NCBI GenBank assembly: GCA_963766735.1
Contig: CAVYBU010000025.1
Coordinates: 32,001-96,000, forward strand
Length of the DNA: 64,000 nucleotides
Direction of reading: 5' to 3'
Origin: an uncultured Chloroflexia bacterium
Lineage (GTDB): Bacteria; Chloroflexota; Limnocylindria; Limnocylindrales; CSP1-4
A program made the translations under genes and the position numbers. Below, piece by piece: positions 40,154 to 51,850 of this stretch (position 1 is its first letter; every line of letters starts with the position of its first letter). The notes under the pieces were generated by a model, which saw only the letters and a program-made list of their open reading frames with translations, did not search any database and was not told the origin of the DNA.

Positions 40154-42574
40154 ATGGCTGCAACCGTCCGGCCGGACGCGCGCGTCCCGGCCAGCCCGCC
40201 TCCCTCTGCCGCCTCGCTCCACGTCGAGGGCGTGGTCCAGGGCGTCGGCTTCCGCCCGTTCGTGTGGCGCCTGGCCACGGAGCTGGGCCTCGCCGGCCGG
40301 GTCCGGAATGCCGCCGGACGGGTCGAGATCGAGGCCGCGGGATCCCGTGAGGCGCTGGACGCCTTCGCGCGCCGCCTGCGCAGCGATGCGCCGCCGCGTG
40401 CCCGCGTGGAGCGGATCACGGTGCTGCCGCTGGATCCCGCGGTGGCCACCAGACTCCCGGCCGACTTTGTGATCGATGAGAGCACCGTCTCGTCGGCCGT
40501 GGACCGACTCTTCCCGCCGGACATCGCCACGTGCGACGACTGCCTGGCAGAGCTGTGGGACCCGGCCGATCGTCGCCACCGGTACCCGTTCACCAACTGC
40601 ACCAACTGCGGCCCACGCGCCACGATCATCGACGAGCTGCCATACGACCGCGCACAGACAACGATGCGGGCCTTCCCCCTGTGCCCGGCGTGCGAGGCCG
40701 AGTACCGCGACCCCGCGAACCGCCGGTTCCACGCCGAGCCGGTGGCCTGTCCCGCGTGCGGCCCGACCCTCGTCTGGCGTCTGACCGGCGCCCCCACCGC
40801 AACCGCCGGCGGTGAGGACGCGCTGGTCGCCGCGGCCTCGACCCTCCTGGGGGGCGGGATCGTCGCGGTCAAGGGGCTGGGTGGCTACCATCTCGCCTGC
40901 GATGCGACCGACGAGGAGGCGGTCCGCCGCCTGCGGGACCGGAAGCGCCGCTGGGCCAAGCCGTTCGCCGTCATGGTCCGGGACGCCGCAACGGCCGGGG
41001 CGCTGTGTCGCCTGGGAGCGCTGGAGCGGACGATCCTCGCCGGTCCAGCCCGGCCGATCGTCCTCCTCCGGGCCCGGCGCCACGGCCTCCCGAGGCTGGC
41101 GCCATCCGTGGCCGCGGGGAACCGCCGCCTGGGCGTCTTCCTGCCGTACACGCCGCTCCACCACCTGCTCCTCGAGGCGGTCGGACGGCCGCTCGTGCTC
41201 ACGTCCGGCAACCTGACCGATGAGCCCCTCGCCACGGACGATGACGATGCGATGGTCCGGCTGGCCGGCCTCGCGGACGGCTTCCTCGCCCATGATCGCG
41301 AGATCCGGGCCCGGTACGACGACTCGGTGACGCGCGTGATCGCGGGGCGCGAGTCGGTGGTCCGTCGTGCGCGCGGCTACGCGCCGGAGCCGATGCCGCT
41401 GCCCGTGGCCGCGCCGGTTCCCCTGCTCGCCGTGGGTGCGGAGCTGAAGCACACGTTCACCCTGGCGCGGGGCGGCCGGGCGCACGTCGCGCCGCACAAC
41501 GGGGACCTCGAGGACCTGGCCACCCACCGGGCGTTCACCGACGGCCTGGCCCATCTCTCACGCCTGCTCGCCCTGGAGCCGGAGGTGGTCGTCCACGACC
41601 TGCACCCGGAGTACCTGTCCACGAAATACGCCGTGGAGCGCTTCCCGGTCGCGAAGCGGATCGTCGTCCAGCACCACCATGCGCACGTCGCATCCTGCGC
41701 GGCCGAGCACGGCGTGACGGGGCGGTTCCTGGGCGTGGCCTACGACGGCCTGGGCATGGGCGACGACGGCACGCTCTGGGGTGGGGAGGTGTTCGACGCG
41801 GACCTTCGCGGGTACCGGCGGCTCGCCCGGTTCGGACGCGCGCCGCTCCCCGGTGGCGCGCTCGCGGTGAAGCGGCCGTACCGGATGGCGCTCGGCTACC
41901 TGCTCGGGGCGGAAGCCTTCGGCGACGGCGCCCCCGGCATCGCCGCCGCAACGGATCTCGCGGACCCGGGGCACCCGGCGGCGGCCCTCCTGGCACGCCT
42001 GGACCCGCGCGAGACCGCCGTGGTCCGCCAACAGGTGGCCCGACGCCTGAACGCCCCGGTCGCCTCGTCCGCGGGCCGGCTGTTCGACGCGGTCGCGGCG
42101 CTCATCGGCATCCGCGACGTGGCCGAGTACGAGGCCCAGGCCGCGATCGACCTGGAGCTCGCGGCGGGAGAGCGGACCGCCCCGGCATTGCCGTACCGCC
42201 TGGACCGTTCCGACGGCCTTGTCGTCTACGATCCGCGGCCCACGCTGACGGCGCTGCTGGACGGGATCGAGGCCGGCCGCAGCTCCGGTGACCTCGCCGC
42301 CGCGTTCCAGGCCACGATCACGGAGGTGACCCGGGAGATCCTCGACGGCGCACGCGCCTTGACCGGGGCCACTACCGTGTGTCTCTCGGGCGGCGTGTTC
42401 CAGAACCGCCGCCTGGCAACGGTGTTGCTGAGGGATCTCGCCCGGGACGGCTTCCGGGTGTTCATCAACCGCCAGGTCCCCGTCAACGACGGGGGAGTGA
42501 GCTACGGGCAGGCCGCGGTGGCCGCGGCCCGGCTGGGATCCGGCGCGATGGGCGCGCCACACGAGGAGGGCTGA
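40154..42574 (+). CDS. hypF: Carbamoyltransferase HypF
   Basis: GVVQGVGFRPF, two Zn fingers (CDDC..CTNCGPR; CPAC..CPACGP), HDLHP, QHHHAH, NDGG. Confidence 0.96.
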   Translation: MAATVRPDARVPASPPPSAASLHVEGVVQGVGFRPFVWRLATELGLAGRVRNAAGRVEIEAAGSREALDAFARRLRSDAPPRARVERITVLPLDPAVATRLPADFVIDESTVSSAVDRLFPPDIATCDDCLAELWDPADRRHRYPFTNCTNCGPRATIIDELPYDRAQTTMRAFPLCPACEAEYRDPANRRFHAEPVACPACGPTLVWRLTGAPTATAGGEDALVAAASTLLGGGIVAVKGLGGYHLACDATDEEAVRRLRDRKRRWAKPFAVMVRDAATAGALCRLGALERTILAGPARPIVLLRARRHGLPRLAPSVAAGNRRLGVFLPYTPLHHLLLEAVGRPLVLTSGNLTDEPLATDDDDAMVRLAGLADGFLAHDREIRARYDDSVTRVIAGRESVVRRARGYAPEPMPLPVAAPVPLLAVGAELKHTFTLARGGRAHVAPHNGDLEDLATHRAFTDGLAHLSRLLALEPEVVVHDLHPEYLSTKYAVERFPVAKRIVVQHHHAHVASCAAEHGVTGRFLGVAYDGLGMGDDGTLWGGEVFDADLRGYRRLARFGRAPLPGGALAVKRPYRMALGYLLGAEAFGDGAPGIAAATDLADPGHPAAALLARLDPRETAVVRQQVARRLNAPVASSAGRLFDAVAALIGIRDVAEYEAQAAIDLELAAGERTAPALPYRLDRSDGLVVYDPRPTLTALLDGIEAGRSSGDLAAAFQATITEVTREILDGARALTGATTVCLSGGVFQNRRLATVLLRDLARDGFRVFINRQVPVNDGGVSYGQAAVAAARLGSGAMGAPHEEG

Positions 42575-42578
42575 ACGG

Positions 42579-42929
42579 ATGTGTCTGGGGATCCCCGGCC
42601 GGATCACCGAGATCCGCGACGAGGCCGGGCTGGCCATGGGCAAGGTGGACTTCGGCGGCGTGCGCAAGGACGCCTGCCTCGCCTACCTGCCGGAGATCGC
42701 GCTCGGTGACTACGTCATCGTCCACGTTGGCTTCGCCATCTCGAAGGTGGACGAGGCGGAGGCGCTCAAGACCCTCGAGATCCTCGAGAGCATGGGGGTG
42801 ATGGGGCCGGAGCTGATGACCCTGGGTCCCGGCATGGACGACCTGGCCATCGTCAGCGACGACGCGCCCGGCGCGCTGACCTTCAACCCGGACCTGCCGG
42901 CCTCGAGCATCGGGAGGCCGCCTGCGTGA
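42579..42929 (+). CDS. hypC: Hydrogenase maturation chaperone HypC
   Basis: [18 protein letters not shown]. Confidence 0.95.
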   Translation: MCLGIPGRITEIRDEAGLAMGKVDFGGVRKDACLAYLPEIALGDYVIVHVGFAISKVDEAEALKTLEILESMGVMGPELMTLGPGMDDLAIVSDDAPGALTFNPDLPASSIGRPPA

Positions 42930-44080
42930 AGTACCTCGACGAGTACCGCGACCCCGTGCTCGCCAAGAAGCTCCTGGCCGAGATCCACCGGATCACCACC
43001 CGGCCGTGGACCATGATGGAGGTCTGCGGCGGCCAGACGCACACCATCGTCAAGCAGGGCATCGACGAGGCGCTCCCCGAGGGTGTCCGGATGATCCACG
43101 GCCCCGGCTGCCCCGTGTGCGTGACGCCCCTGGAGCAGGTGGACAAGGCGCTTGCCATCGCCGCCCGCCCGGATGTCATCTTCACCAGCTACGGCGACAT
43201 GCTCCGCGTCCCCGGCTCATCCACGGACCTGCTCGCCCTCAAGGCCCGTGGCGCCGACGTCCGGATCGTCTACAGCCCGCTCGACGCGCTCAAGATCGCC
43301 CTCGCGAACCCGGCCCGGCAGGTCGTGTTCTTCGCCGTCGGGTTCGAGACCACGGCGCCCGCGAACGCCATGGCGGTGGCCGAGGCCGCCCGCCGCGGCA
43401 TCGACAACTTCAGCGTGCTGGTTTCGCACGTCCTGGTGCCGCCGGCGATGATCGCGCTCCTGGACTCGCCCACGAACCAGGTCCAGTCGTTCCTGGCCGC
43501 CGGCCACGTGTGCGCGATCATGGGCTGGACCGAGTACGAGCCGATCGCCGCGAAGTACAGGGTCCCGATCGTGGTCACCGGGTTCGAGCCGCTCGACCTG
43601 CTGGAGGGGATCCTGATGGCGATCCGCCAGCTCGAGGAGGGCCGGTTCGAGGTCGAGAACCAGTACACGCGAGCCGTGACCCGAGAGGGCGTGCCGCTTG
43701 CCCAGCAGCAGGTCCTGGCCGTGTTCGAGGTGGGCCCGCGCAAGTGGCGCGGCATCGGTGAGATCCCGGAGTCCGGCTACCGCCTCCGTCCGGAATACGC
43801 GCGGTTCGACGCGGAGCTGAGGTTCGACGTCGGCGACATCCACACGAACGAGCACCCGGCCTGCATCGCCGGCGCCATCCTGACCGGCGACAGGACACCC
43901 CTCGACTGTGCCGCGTACGGGACCCTGTGCAACCCGCAGAAGCCCCTCGGCGCGCCGATGGTCAGCTCCGAGGGCACCTGCGCCGCGTTCTTCGCCGCGG
44001 GCCGCGGGCTCAACGCCGGCGGCGGGTTCACGGGCGCCATGCCGCTGGTGCAGGTCACCCCGTCGGAGGCCTCGAGGTGA
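42926..44080 (+). CDS. hypD: Hydrogenase maturation protein HypD
   Basis: [30 protein letters not shown]. Confidence 0.96.
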   Translation: MKYLDEYRDPVLAKKLLAEIHRITTRPWTMMEVCGGQTHTIVKQGIDEALPEGVRMIHGPGCPVCVTPLEQVDKALAIAARPDVIFTSYGDMLRVPGSSTDLLALKARGADVRIVYSPLDALKIALANPARQVVFFAVGFETTAPANAMAVAEAARRGIDNFSVLVSHVLVPPAMIALLDSPTNQVQSFLAAGHVCAIMGWTEYEPIAAKYRVPIVVTGFEPLDLLEGILMAIRQLEEGRFEVENQYTRAVTREGVPLAQQQVLAVFEVGPRKWRGIGEIPESGYRLRPEYARFDAELRFDVGDIHTNEHPACIAGAILTGDRTPLDCAAYGTLCNPQKPLGAPMVSSEGTCAAFFAAGRGLNAGGGFTGAMPLVQVTPSEASR

Positions 44081-45156
44081 CCGCGCCCGACCGGCCCATC
44101 GTCACCATCGACGCAAACGGAGTGGCCTGTCCGGCGCCCATCCCCGAGGATCAGCGCGTGATCCTGGGCCACGGGTCCGGCGGGCAGCTCTCGGCCGCCC
44201 TGTTCCGGGACCTGCTCGGGCCGGCCCTCGCGCCCGCCGCACCGGGCGGCGTCCTCAACGACGCGGCCATCGTGGAGATCGGTGGCCTGCGTCTCGCCTT
44301 CACCACGGACTCGTTCGTGGTGTCGCCCATCCGGTTCCCCGGTGGCGACATCGGCGAGCTGGCGGTGAACGGCACCATCAACGACCTGGCGATGATGGGC
44401 GCGATGCCCACCGCGATCAGCCTCGCCTACGTGATCGAGGAGGGCCTGCCGCTCGAGGAGCTGCGGCTGATCACGATGTCCGCCGCCGCGGCGGCCGCGA
44501 AGGCGGGCGCCCGCATCGTGACCGGCGACACCAAGGTGGTCGGGCGGGGTGCCGCGGACCGGCTGTTCGTCAACACCGCCGGGATCGGGTTGGTCGCCGA
44601 CGGCGTGGCCCCCTCGGCGGACAGGGCCCGGCCGGGCGACGTCGTGATCCTGTCGGGCGAGATCGGCCTCCACGGCGTCGCGATCATGAGCGTCCGCGAG
44701 GGCCTGGAGTTCGAGGTGGAGATCGCGTCCGACACGCAGGCTCTCAATGGCCTCGTGGCCGCGATCACGGCCGTGGAGCCGGACGTCCGCGTGCTCCGGG
44801 ACCCCACCCGCGGCGGGCTGTCGTCGGCGCTCAACGAGGTGGCGCAGGCCTCACGCGTTGGAATGGTGCTGGACGAGCCGTCGATCCCGGTCCCGGGACC
44901 CGTCCGTGCTGCCTGCGAGTTCCTCGGCCTCGATCCGCTCCACGTCGCCAACGAAGGCAAGCTCGTCGCGATCGTGCCGGCCGCATCGGCAGACGGAGTC
45001 CTGGCGGCGATGCGCGCGACGCCGGAGGGCGCCCTCGCGGCGCGCATCGGCGAGGTGGTCGCGGATCACCCGGGGATGGTCACCATCCGCACGATCGTGG
45101 GCAGCGAGCGGATCGTGGACATGCTGGTGGGGGAGCAGCTGCCCCGGATCTGCTGA
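44077..45156 (+). CDS. hypE: Hydrogenase maturation protein HypE
   Basis: GHGSGG, TDSFVV, DPTRGG, ANEG, C-terminal LPRIC. Confidence 0.96.
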   Translation: MTAPDRPIVTIDANGVACPAPIPEDQRVILGHGSGGQLSAALFRDLLGPALAPAAPGGVLNDAAIVEIGGLRLAFTTDSFVVSPIRFPGGDIGELAVNGTINDLAMMGAMPTAISLAYVIEEGLPLEELRLITMSAAAAAAKAGARIVTGDTKVVGRGAADRLFVNTAGIGLVADGVAPSADRARPGDVVILSGEIGLHGVAIMSVREGLEFEVEIASDTQALNGLVAAITAVEPDVRVLRDPTRGGLSSALNEVAQASRVGMVLDEPSIPVPGPVRAACEFLGLDPLHVANEGKLVAIVPAASADGVLAAMRATPEGALAARIGEVVADHPGMVTIRTIVGSERIVDMLVGEQLPRIC

Positions 45157-45198
45157 GGCAGGTTCGGCCCTGCAGGCGTCAGGCGCCGCCCACAGGCG

Positions 45199-45645
45199 TC
45201 AGGCGCCGCCGCTGTCCTCGCCCGGGGCGGCACGGCCGCCGGCACCGCGGCGCATCTCCCACAGCCGCGAGATCACGCGGCCGATCCCGTAGCCGGTCAC
45301 GGTCGGCACCCCGAACCAGAACGTGGCGATGATCCCGGTGAACGGGTCCAGGGGCACCGGGTCGCTCAGGCCGAACGACAGAACGAGGATCACGATCATC
45401 CCCGTGATCGTGCCCAGGAACCCGAACAGCAGGCCGGTCCAGCCGCGCGTCACGAGACCTGCCGCCACGCCCGATGCGAACAGAAGCATCGGCGAGATGC
45501 CGAACGCGGCCTGGGCGCACTTGGGCTCGAACCCCTGCGCTACGCAGTCCAGCATGTGGCCGAAGAACAACGCGAGCGGGCACGCGACGGCGACGATGGT
45601 GAAGGCGACAACGTCGCGCAGCCAGATGTAGCGGTCGAGGTTCAA
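45199..45645 (-). CDS. Small membrane protein (4 TM), hypothetical
   Basis: TTG start after GGAGGG; hydrophobic helices with a Cys pair in the first loop. Confidence 0.65.
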   Translation of the reverse strand: MNLDRYIWLRDVVAFTIVAVACPLALFFGHMLDCVAQGFEPKCAQAAFGISPMLLFASGVAAGLVTRGWTGLLFGFLGTITGMIVILVLSFGLSDPVPLDPFTGIIATFWFGVPTVTGYGIGRVISRLWEMRRGAGGRAAPGEDSGGA

Positions 45646-45754
45646 GCTGGTTCCCTCCGTACACCGACGATCATGCACGGAATGGGGGCGTCGCGCGACC
45701 CCCTTTCCGCAGCGGACGCAACTGCCGGGACAGATCAGCGCCGGGGTGCGGTCA

Positions 45755-47026
45755 TCACACCAGGTAGCGGAACCAGAGGTACGCCGTCGAGATGACCAGC
45801 GACGCGGCGACCACGACAACGCCGTAGCGGAAGAACTCGAAGAAGTGGATCGGGTGGCCGGCCCGCGTGGCGAGGTTCGCGACGACCACGTTCGCCGAGG
45901 CACCGACGATCGTGAGGTTGCCGCCCAGGCAGGCCCCGAGCGCCAGCGACCACCAGAGTGGCTGGATGTCCATCCCGGCCTCTCCCAGGCGCTGGACGAC
46001 AGGGATCGCCGTGGCCGTGTACGGGATGTTGTCGACGATCGCGGACGCGATGGCCGAGAACCAGAGGAGCCCGATCGTGGCGGCCTCCGGCTGTCCCGCC
46101 GTCGCGACGGCGAGCTGATCGGCGATGCCGCCCACGATCCCGGTCACAACGATCGCCTCGACCAGGATGAACAGCCCGACGAAGAAGAACAGCGTCGACC
46201 ATTCGATCTCGCGCAGCGTCTGGTGCGGATCCAGGCCCGCAACGAGCATCAGGACCATTGCCCCGAGCAGGGCGACGGTCGCGGGTTCAACCCCGATGGC
46301 CGAATGAATGAGAAATCCGACAAGGGTCGCTGCCGTCACCACCAGCGAGCGGATCAGGAGCGGCCAGTCCTTGATGGCGCTGTCCTCCCTGCGCTCGAGC
46401 GCCGCCTCGCGCCGTTCGTCGGGTACCTGGAGAGCGCCCCGGAAGATGACCCGGACGATGACGACGAAGGCCAGGAACACGAGCACCGTGACCGGCCCCA
46501 GGTTCAGCAGGAAGTCGTCGAAGCCAAGGCCTGCGGCCGAGCCGATGAGGATGTTTGGCGGATCACCGATGAGGGTCGCCGTCCCGCCGATGTTCGAGGC
46601 AAGGATCCCGGAGATCAGGTACGGCATCGGCGACACGTCGAGCCGCCGGGCGATGGACAGCGTGATCGGCGTCATCAGCACGACGGTCGTGACGTTGTCG
46701 AGGAACGCGGACAGGACCGCCGTGACGGTCGCAAGGATGAGGAGCAGCCGGATCGGGTGGCCCCTCGACAGTGCGACGGATCGGATTGCCAGCCACTCGA
46801 AGAAGCCGGTCCTCCCGAGGATGGAGGCGATCACCATCATGCCTGCGAGGAGGAAGATCACGTTGAGGTCGATCGCCGCGAACGCCTCGTGCTGGTCGAT
46901 GATGCCGAGGACGATCACGAGCAGGCCGCCGATCATGGCGATCAGCGTCCGGTCCCAGCGCTCGAGTGCGATCAGGACGTAGGCGACGACGAAGACCGCG
47001 GCTGCGATCCAGGCATCCATCGTCAT
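45755..47026 (-). CDS. ArsB/NhaD (ion transporter superfamily) permease
   Basis: SAFLDNVTT, SNIGGTATLIGDPPN, SAIVDNIP, GGNLTIVGASAN. Confidence 0.9.
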   Translation of the reverse strand: MTMDAWIAAAVFVVAYVLIALERWDRTLIAMIGGLLVIVLGIIDQHEAFAAIDLNVIFLLAGMMVIASILGRTGFFEWLAIRSVALSRGHPIRLLLILATVTAVLSAFLDNVTTVVLMTPITLSIARRLDVSPMPYLISGILASNIGGTATLIGDPPNILIGSAAGLGFDDFLLNLGPVTVLVFLAFVVIVRVIFRGALQVPDERREAALERREDSAIKDWPLLIRSLVVTAATLVGFLIHSAIGVEPATVALLGAMVLMLVAGLDPHQTLREIEWSTLFFFVGLFILVEAIVVTGIVGGIADQLAVATAGQPEAATIGLLWFSAIASAIVDNIPYTATAIPVVQRLGEAGMDIQPLWWSLALGACLGGNLTIVGASANVVVANLATRAGHPIHFFEFFRYGVVVVAASLVISTAYLWFRYLV

Positions 47027-47114
47027 GGTCGTGACCGCCTGATGAGCGCGCTACGGGAACGGATGGGGGGGCGAGAGGGGGACCCGTGCCGGGCCCCGGC
47101 AGCAGGGACGCGCG

Positions 47115-47198
47115 TCAGCAATCGGGCTCGTCGCCGGCCGCCACCACCAGCGACGCGGGCCCGATGGGCGTCGCGTTCATCGTCTCGAGCATCTTCAC
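47115..47198 (-). CDS. Candidate 27-aa leader peptide upstream of the transporter
   Basis: TATGCT -10 box, 7 nt, GTG...MKMLETMNATPIGPASLVVAAGDEPDC-stop, then a GC hairpin before the transporter start. Confidence 0.4.
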   Translation of the reverse strand: MKMLETMNATPIGPASLVVAAGDEPDC

Positions 47199-47293
47199 GC
47201 TCCCCAGCATACCGACGGGAGCGCGCGACAGCCAGACAATCGTAGATGGGCTCCCTGCCCCGGCCCGCGTGGTGCGACCCGGGCGTGCCGCGC

Positions 47294-48193
47294 TCACGCC
47301 TCCGCGAGCAGCTCCTCCTTCGCCTTGAGCATCTCCGCGCGCGCCTCGTCGGACACCTTCGGGAACTGCGGGTCGATGTCCATCAGCGCATCGAGGATGG
47401 CCGCGCTCGCGGCGATTCGCATGAACCACTTCTTGTCGGCCGGGATCACGTACCAGGGCGCCCGCGCCGTACTGGTGTTCGACAGCACCTCCGAGTACGC
47501 CTCCTGGTAGGCGTCCCAGGAGGCCCGCTCACGGACGTCGGCCGCGGAGAACTTCCAGTTGGCATCAGGCTCCTCGATCCGGTCCAGGAACCGCTTCTTC
47601 TGTTCCTCCTTCGACACGTTGAGGAACAGCTTCACGACCCGGATGCCGTTGTCGGTCAGGTACCGCTCCCAGTCGTTGATCTCGCGGAATCGACGCTTCC
47701 AGACGTCCGATCCCTTTGCCTCTGCCGGCATCCGCTGGCCCGCCAGGATCTGGGGGTGAACGCGGACGACCAGCGTCTCCTCGTAGTAGGAGCGGTTGAA
47801 GATGCCGATCATCCCGCGCGCCGGGAGCCGCAGCGCCGAGCGCCACAGGTAGTCGTGGTCCATCTCCTGGGCGGACGGGACCTTGAAGCTGGTGACCTCC
47901 ACGCCCTGGGGGTTCACACCTGAGAGGACGTGACGGATTGTCCCGTCCTTCCCCGCCGCGTCGATCGCCTGGAAGATCACGAGCAGGCCGTGGACGTCCT
48001 GGGCCGCCAGCCGCTGCTGGTATTCGGACAGCAGCTTCACGCCCTCGGCCAGCACCTCCTCGGCATCGTCCTTGTCCAGGAAGTCAGCGCTGTAGCCGGG
48101 GTCGAAGTCCCCAGGGAGCGAGACCTTCCGGCCGGGGCTGACGCGCAACGGCTCGATCAGTCTGCGGATCTGCTGGGCGCGGTCGTCGGCCAT
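47294..48193 (-). CDS. ppk2: Polyphosphate kinase 2 family protein
   Basis: QAIDAAGKDG, SFKVPS, HDYLWR, FNRSYYE, WKFS..D, APWYVIPAD.KW. Confidence 0.93.
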   Translation of the reverse strand: MADDRAQQIRRLIEPLRVSPGRKVSLPGDFDPGYSADFLDKDDAEEVLAEGVKLLSEYQQRLAAQDVHGLLVIFQAIDAAGKDGTIRHVLSGVNPQGVEVTSFKVPSAQEMDHDYLWRSALRLPARGMIGIFNRSYYEETLVVRVHPQILAGQRMPAEAKGSDVWKRRFREINDWERYLTDNGIRVVKLFLNVSKEEQKKRFLDRIEEPDANWKFSAADVRERASWDAYQEAYSEVLSNTSTARAPWYVIPADKKWFMRIAASAAILDALMDIDPQFPKVSDEARAEMLKAKEELLAEA

Positions 48194-48344
48194 GGCGGAC
48201 CTCCTGCGGAGCGTGTGGCGGTGGCCGGGCGACGCGGCGACCTTGCCGGCATTATCCCGTCCCCCGGAATGCCACGAGGCCCCTCCGCGGTGTGGAGGGG
48301 CCTCGGTCGAGCGTGCGTGGTGCGGACCGGCGGGCCGGTCGCCG

Positions 48345-49927
<1,583 letters not shown>

Positions 49928-50340
49928 GAGCCTCCCTCCACGAAGGTTTTTTGGCCGGTGCCCAGCACCGATATTGGGCGTCGCTCCCTGCGACCGCGCG
50001 ATGGCGATCCGCCGCACCGCTTCGGGCGGATCTCCGTGAATACTGACGCGTTGGGCGCGCCCGCGAGCGGTGCCGGCGCAGGCTCCGACCGGGCGTTGGG
50101 CGCCAGGTCGAGGCTCCTCGACGGCGGGAGCGTCGCGACTGATGGCCCATGAGAGCATCGGCGGCCGGACGGACGGAGTGTCTCGGGTCCCGAAGATCCA
50201 CGCCCTTTGGACTATGCAGGACCCGCGGAGGACGATCCGGCGCGCCTGTCATGGATGTGCGATCCGGCCCTTGCCCGGCGGTGCCGCGGACCGACGCCTG
50301 ACGCCTGAAGGCAGGCGGCCAGTCCGGCCGCCCCGACCCG

Positions 50341-50500
50341 GTGTTCGAAACCGCGGTCGGCCGGATGGGCGTCAACATCTGCGACGACCGCCACTTCCCC
50401 GAGGGTGCGAGGGCCAGAGCTACGTCTGCGATCCCCGCGGGCAGCTCATCGGCGGGGCCGCCTCCGCCCACGACGAGGAGCTCGTCATCCGGGACATGGA
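50341..50500 (+). pseudogene. Remnant of a nitrilase-family beta-ureidopropionase
   Basis: VFETAVGRMGVNICDDRHFPEGAR directly joined, after a deletion and frameshift, to GQSYVCDPRGQ...DEELVIRD. Confidence 0.65.
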
Positions 50501-50532
50501 ACCCATCCGTCCCGGGGCCCGGTCTCCTCGGG

Positions 50533-51663
50533 TCAGCCCTTCGTCTGGCTGGCCGCGTAGCCCTCGGCGTCGTCCTCCTCGTACCCGCCGCGGTAGTCCG
50601 ACGCGTCCGGGCGACGGATGGAGGAGTGCGGGACGATCCGGCCGCGGTTATGCCCGCGGAAGTCCTCGAGGCTCGTCCAGCCCCGGTCGGCGTTGCGGTC
50701 CAGGAACTCCGCCATCCCGTTGGTCAGGTCGCGGATGACGTTGGGTCCGATCGCATGGTCCAGCATCGCTGCCGTGGCCACCTGGACGGTGCCGCACCCG
50801 AGCAGGAAGTAGTTGAGAGCATGGGCGAAGGTGGCGACGCCACCGATGCCCGAGAACGCCTTGTCCGGGAAGGCCTGCGTCATCTCGGCCATCTTCGCCA
50901 GCGACAGCGGCAGGATCGCCGGCCCGCCCATGCCGCCCGACGTCACGAGGCCGTCCACGTTGACCTCGAACTCGCCGGTCTCCGGATCCACGAGGGGCAC
51001 GGACGGGAAGGTGTTCGAGGAAACGATCGCGTCCGCACCGCCCAGGAACGTCGCCCGCGCCTCCTCGACGATGTTCGCCGTGGCGGGTGTGAGCTTGACC
51101 CAGACCGGCACCTTCGCCACGGCCTTCACCGCCTGTGTGGAGACTGAGCACAGGACCGCGTCCTTGCCCACGTTGGACCCCATGTCCACGCGGTCCATGT
51201 GGGGACACGAGAAGTTGAGCTCGATCGCGTCCACGCCTGCGTCCTGGACGCCCTGGACCAGCGTCTGCCAGTGCCCCAGCTCCTTGTCGTTGCCGGAGCC
51301 GGCCATGATCGAGGCGACGAGGATCCGGTTCGGCCAGGCGCGCTTGATGTTCGCGAGCTTCGGCAGCCACCAGTCCATCGGCTTGTCCGAGATCAGCTCC
51401 CAGTTCCAGGACGCCATCAGCGTGGTGTCCGGGCGCTTGGCCATCGACACGCGGGAGCCGTCGTGGTCAAGCCGCAGGAACTTCGTCTTGGGTCCCGGGA
51501 CGTTCACGACCGGGTGGAGCCCGATGGTCTTCGTGACGACTCCGCCCCAGCCGGCCTCGTAGGCCCGCATGATGTTGCTCTCGGACTCGGTCGGGGGCGC
51601 CGACGCGAGCAGGAACGGGTTCTCGAAGCGGATGCCTGTGAACACCGTGGACAGATCGGCCAC
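50533..51663 (-). CDS. preA: Dihydropyrimidine dehydrogenase PreA-like subunit lacking the C-terminal ferredoxin domain
   Basis: NPFLLASAPPT, GWGGVVTKT, NWELIS, ELNFSCPH, KLTP, SGIGG, VQV; no CxxCxxC tail. Confidence 0.87.
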   Translation of the reverse strand: MADLSTVFTGIRFENPFLLASAPPTESESNIMRAYEAGWGGVVTKTIGLHPVVNVPGPKTKFLRLDHDGSRVSMAKRPDTTLMASWNWELISDKPMDWWLPKLANIKRAWPNRILVASIMAGSGNDKELGHWQTLVQGVQDAGVDAIELNFSCPHMDRVDMGSNVGKDAVLCSVSTQAVKAVAKVPVWVKLTPATANIVEEARATFLGGADAIVSSNTFPSVPLVDPETGEFEVNVDGLVTSGGMGGPAILPLSLAKMAEMTQAFPDKAFSGIGGVATFAHALNYFLLGCGTVQVATAAMLDHAIGPNVIRDLTNGMAEFLDRNADRGWTSLEDFRGHNRGRIVPHSSIRRPDASDYRGGYEEDDAEGYAASQTKG

Positions 51664-51850
51664 TGGGCGAGTCCTCCTGGCGCAGCGGGGATGCTGGTTG
51701 GCGCTGCGAGGGCCGCGTGCTCCGGCCCGTGATGCGCTCAGGATAGGGCCGGGGGTCGCATCGCGGGCGGGAGGCCTTCCACGCCCGGGCCGCGGGCGAT
51801 AGGCTCGTGGCGCACGACCCGCCCATCTCGCTCACGACTGGAGGCCGCAA

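Noticed and set aside
38117-41554. 1145-aa minus-strand ORF and other long Arg/Gly/Pro-rich ORFs
   Set aside because: Shadow frames of real genes in high-GC DNA, with no recognisable motifs
49928-50340. Riboswitch upstream of NCS1 (GATCCGCC...GGCGGATC hairpin)
   Set aside because: A single hairpin with no recognisable aptamer consensus is not enough support
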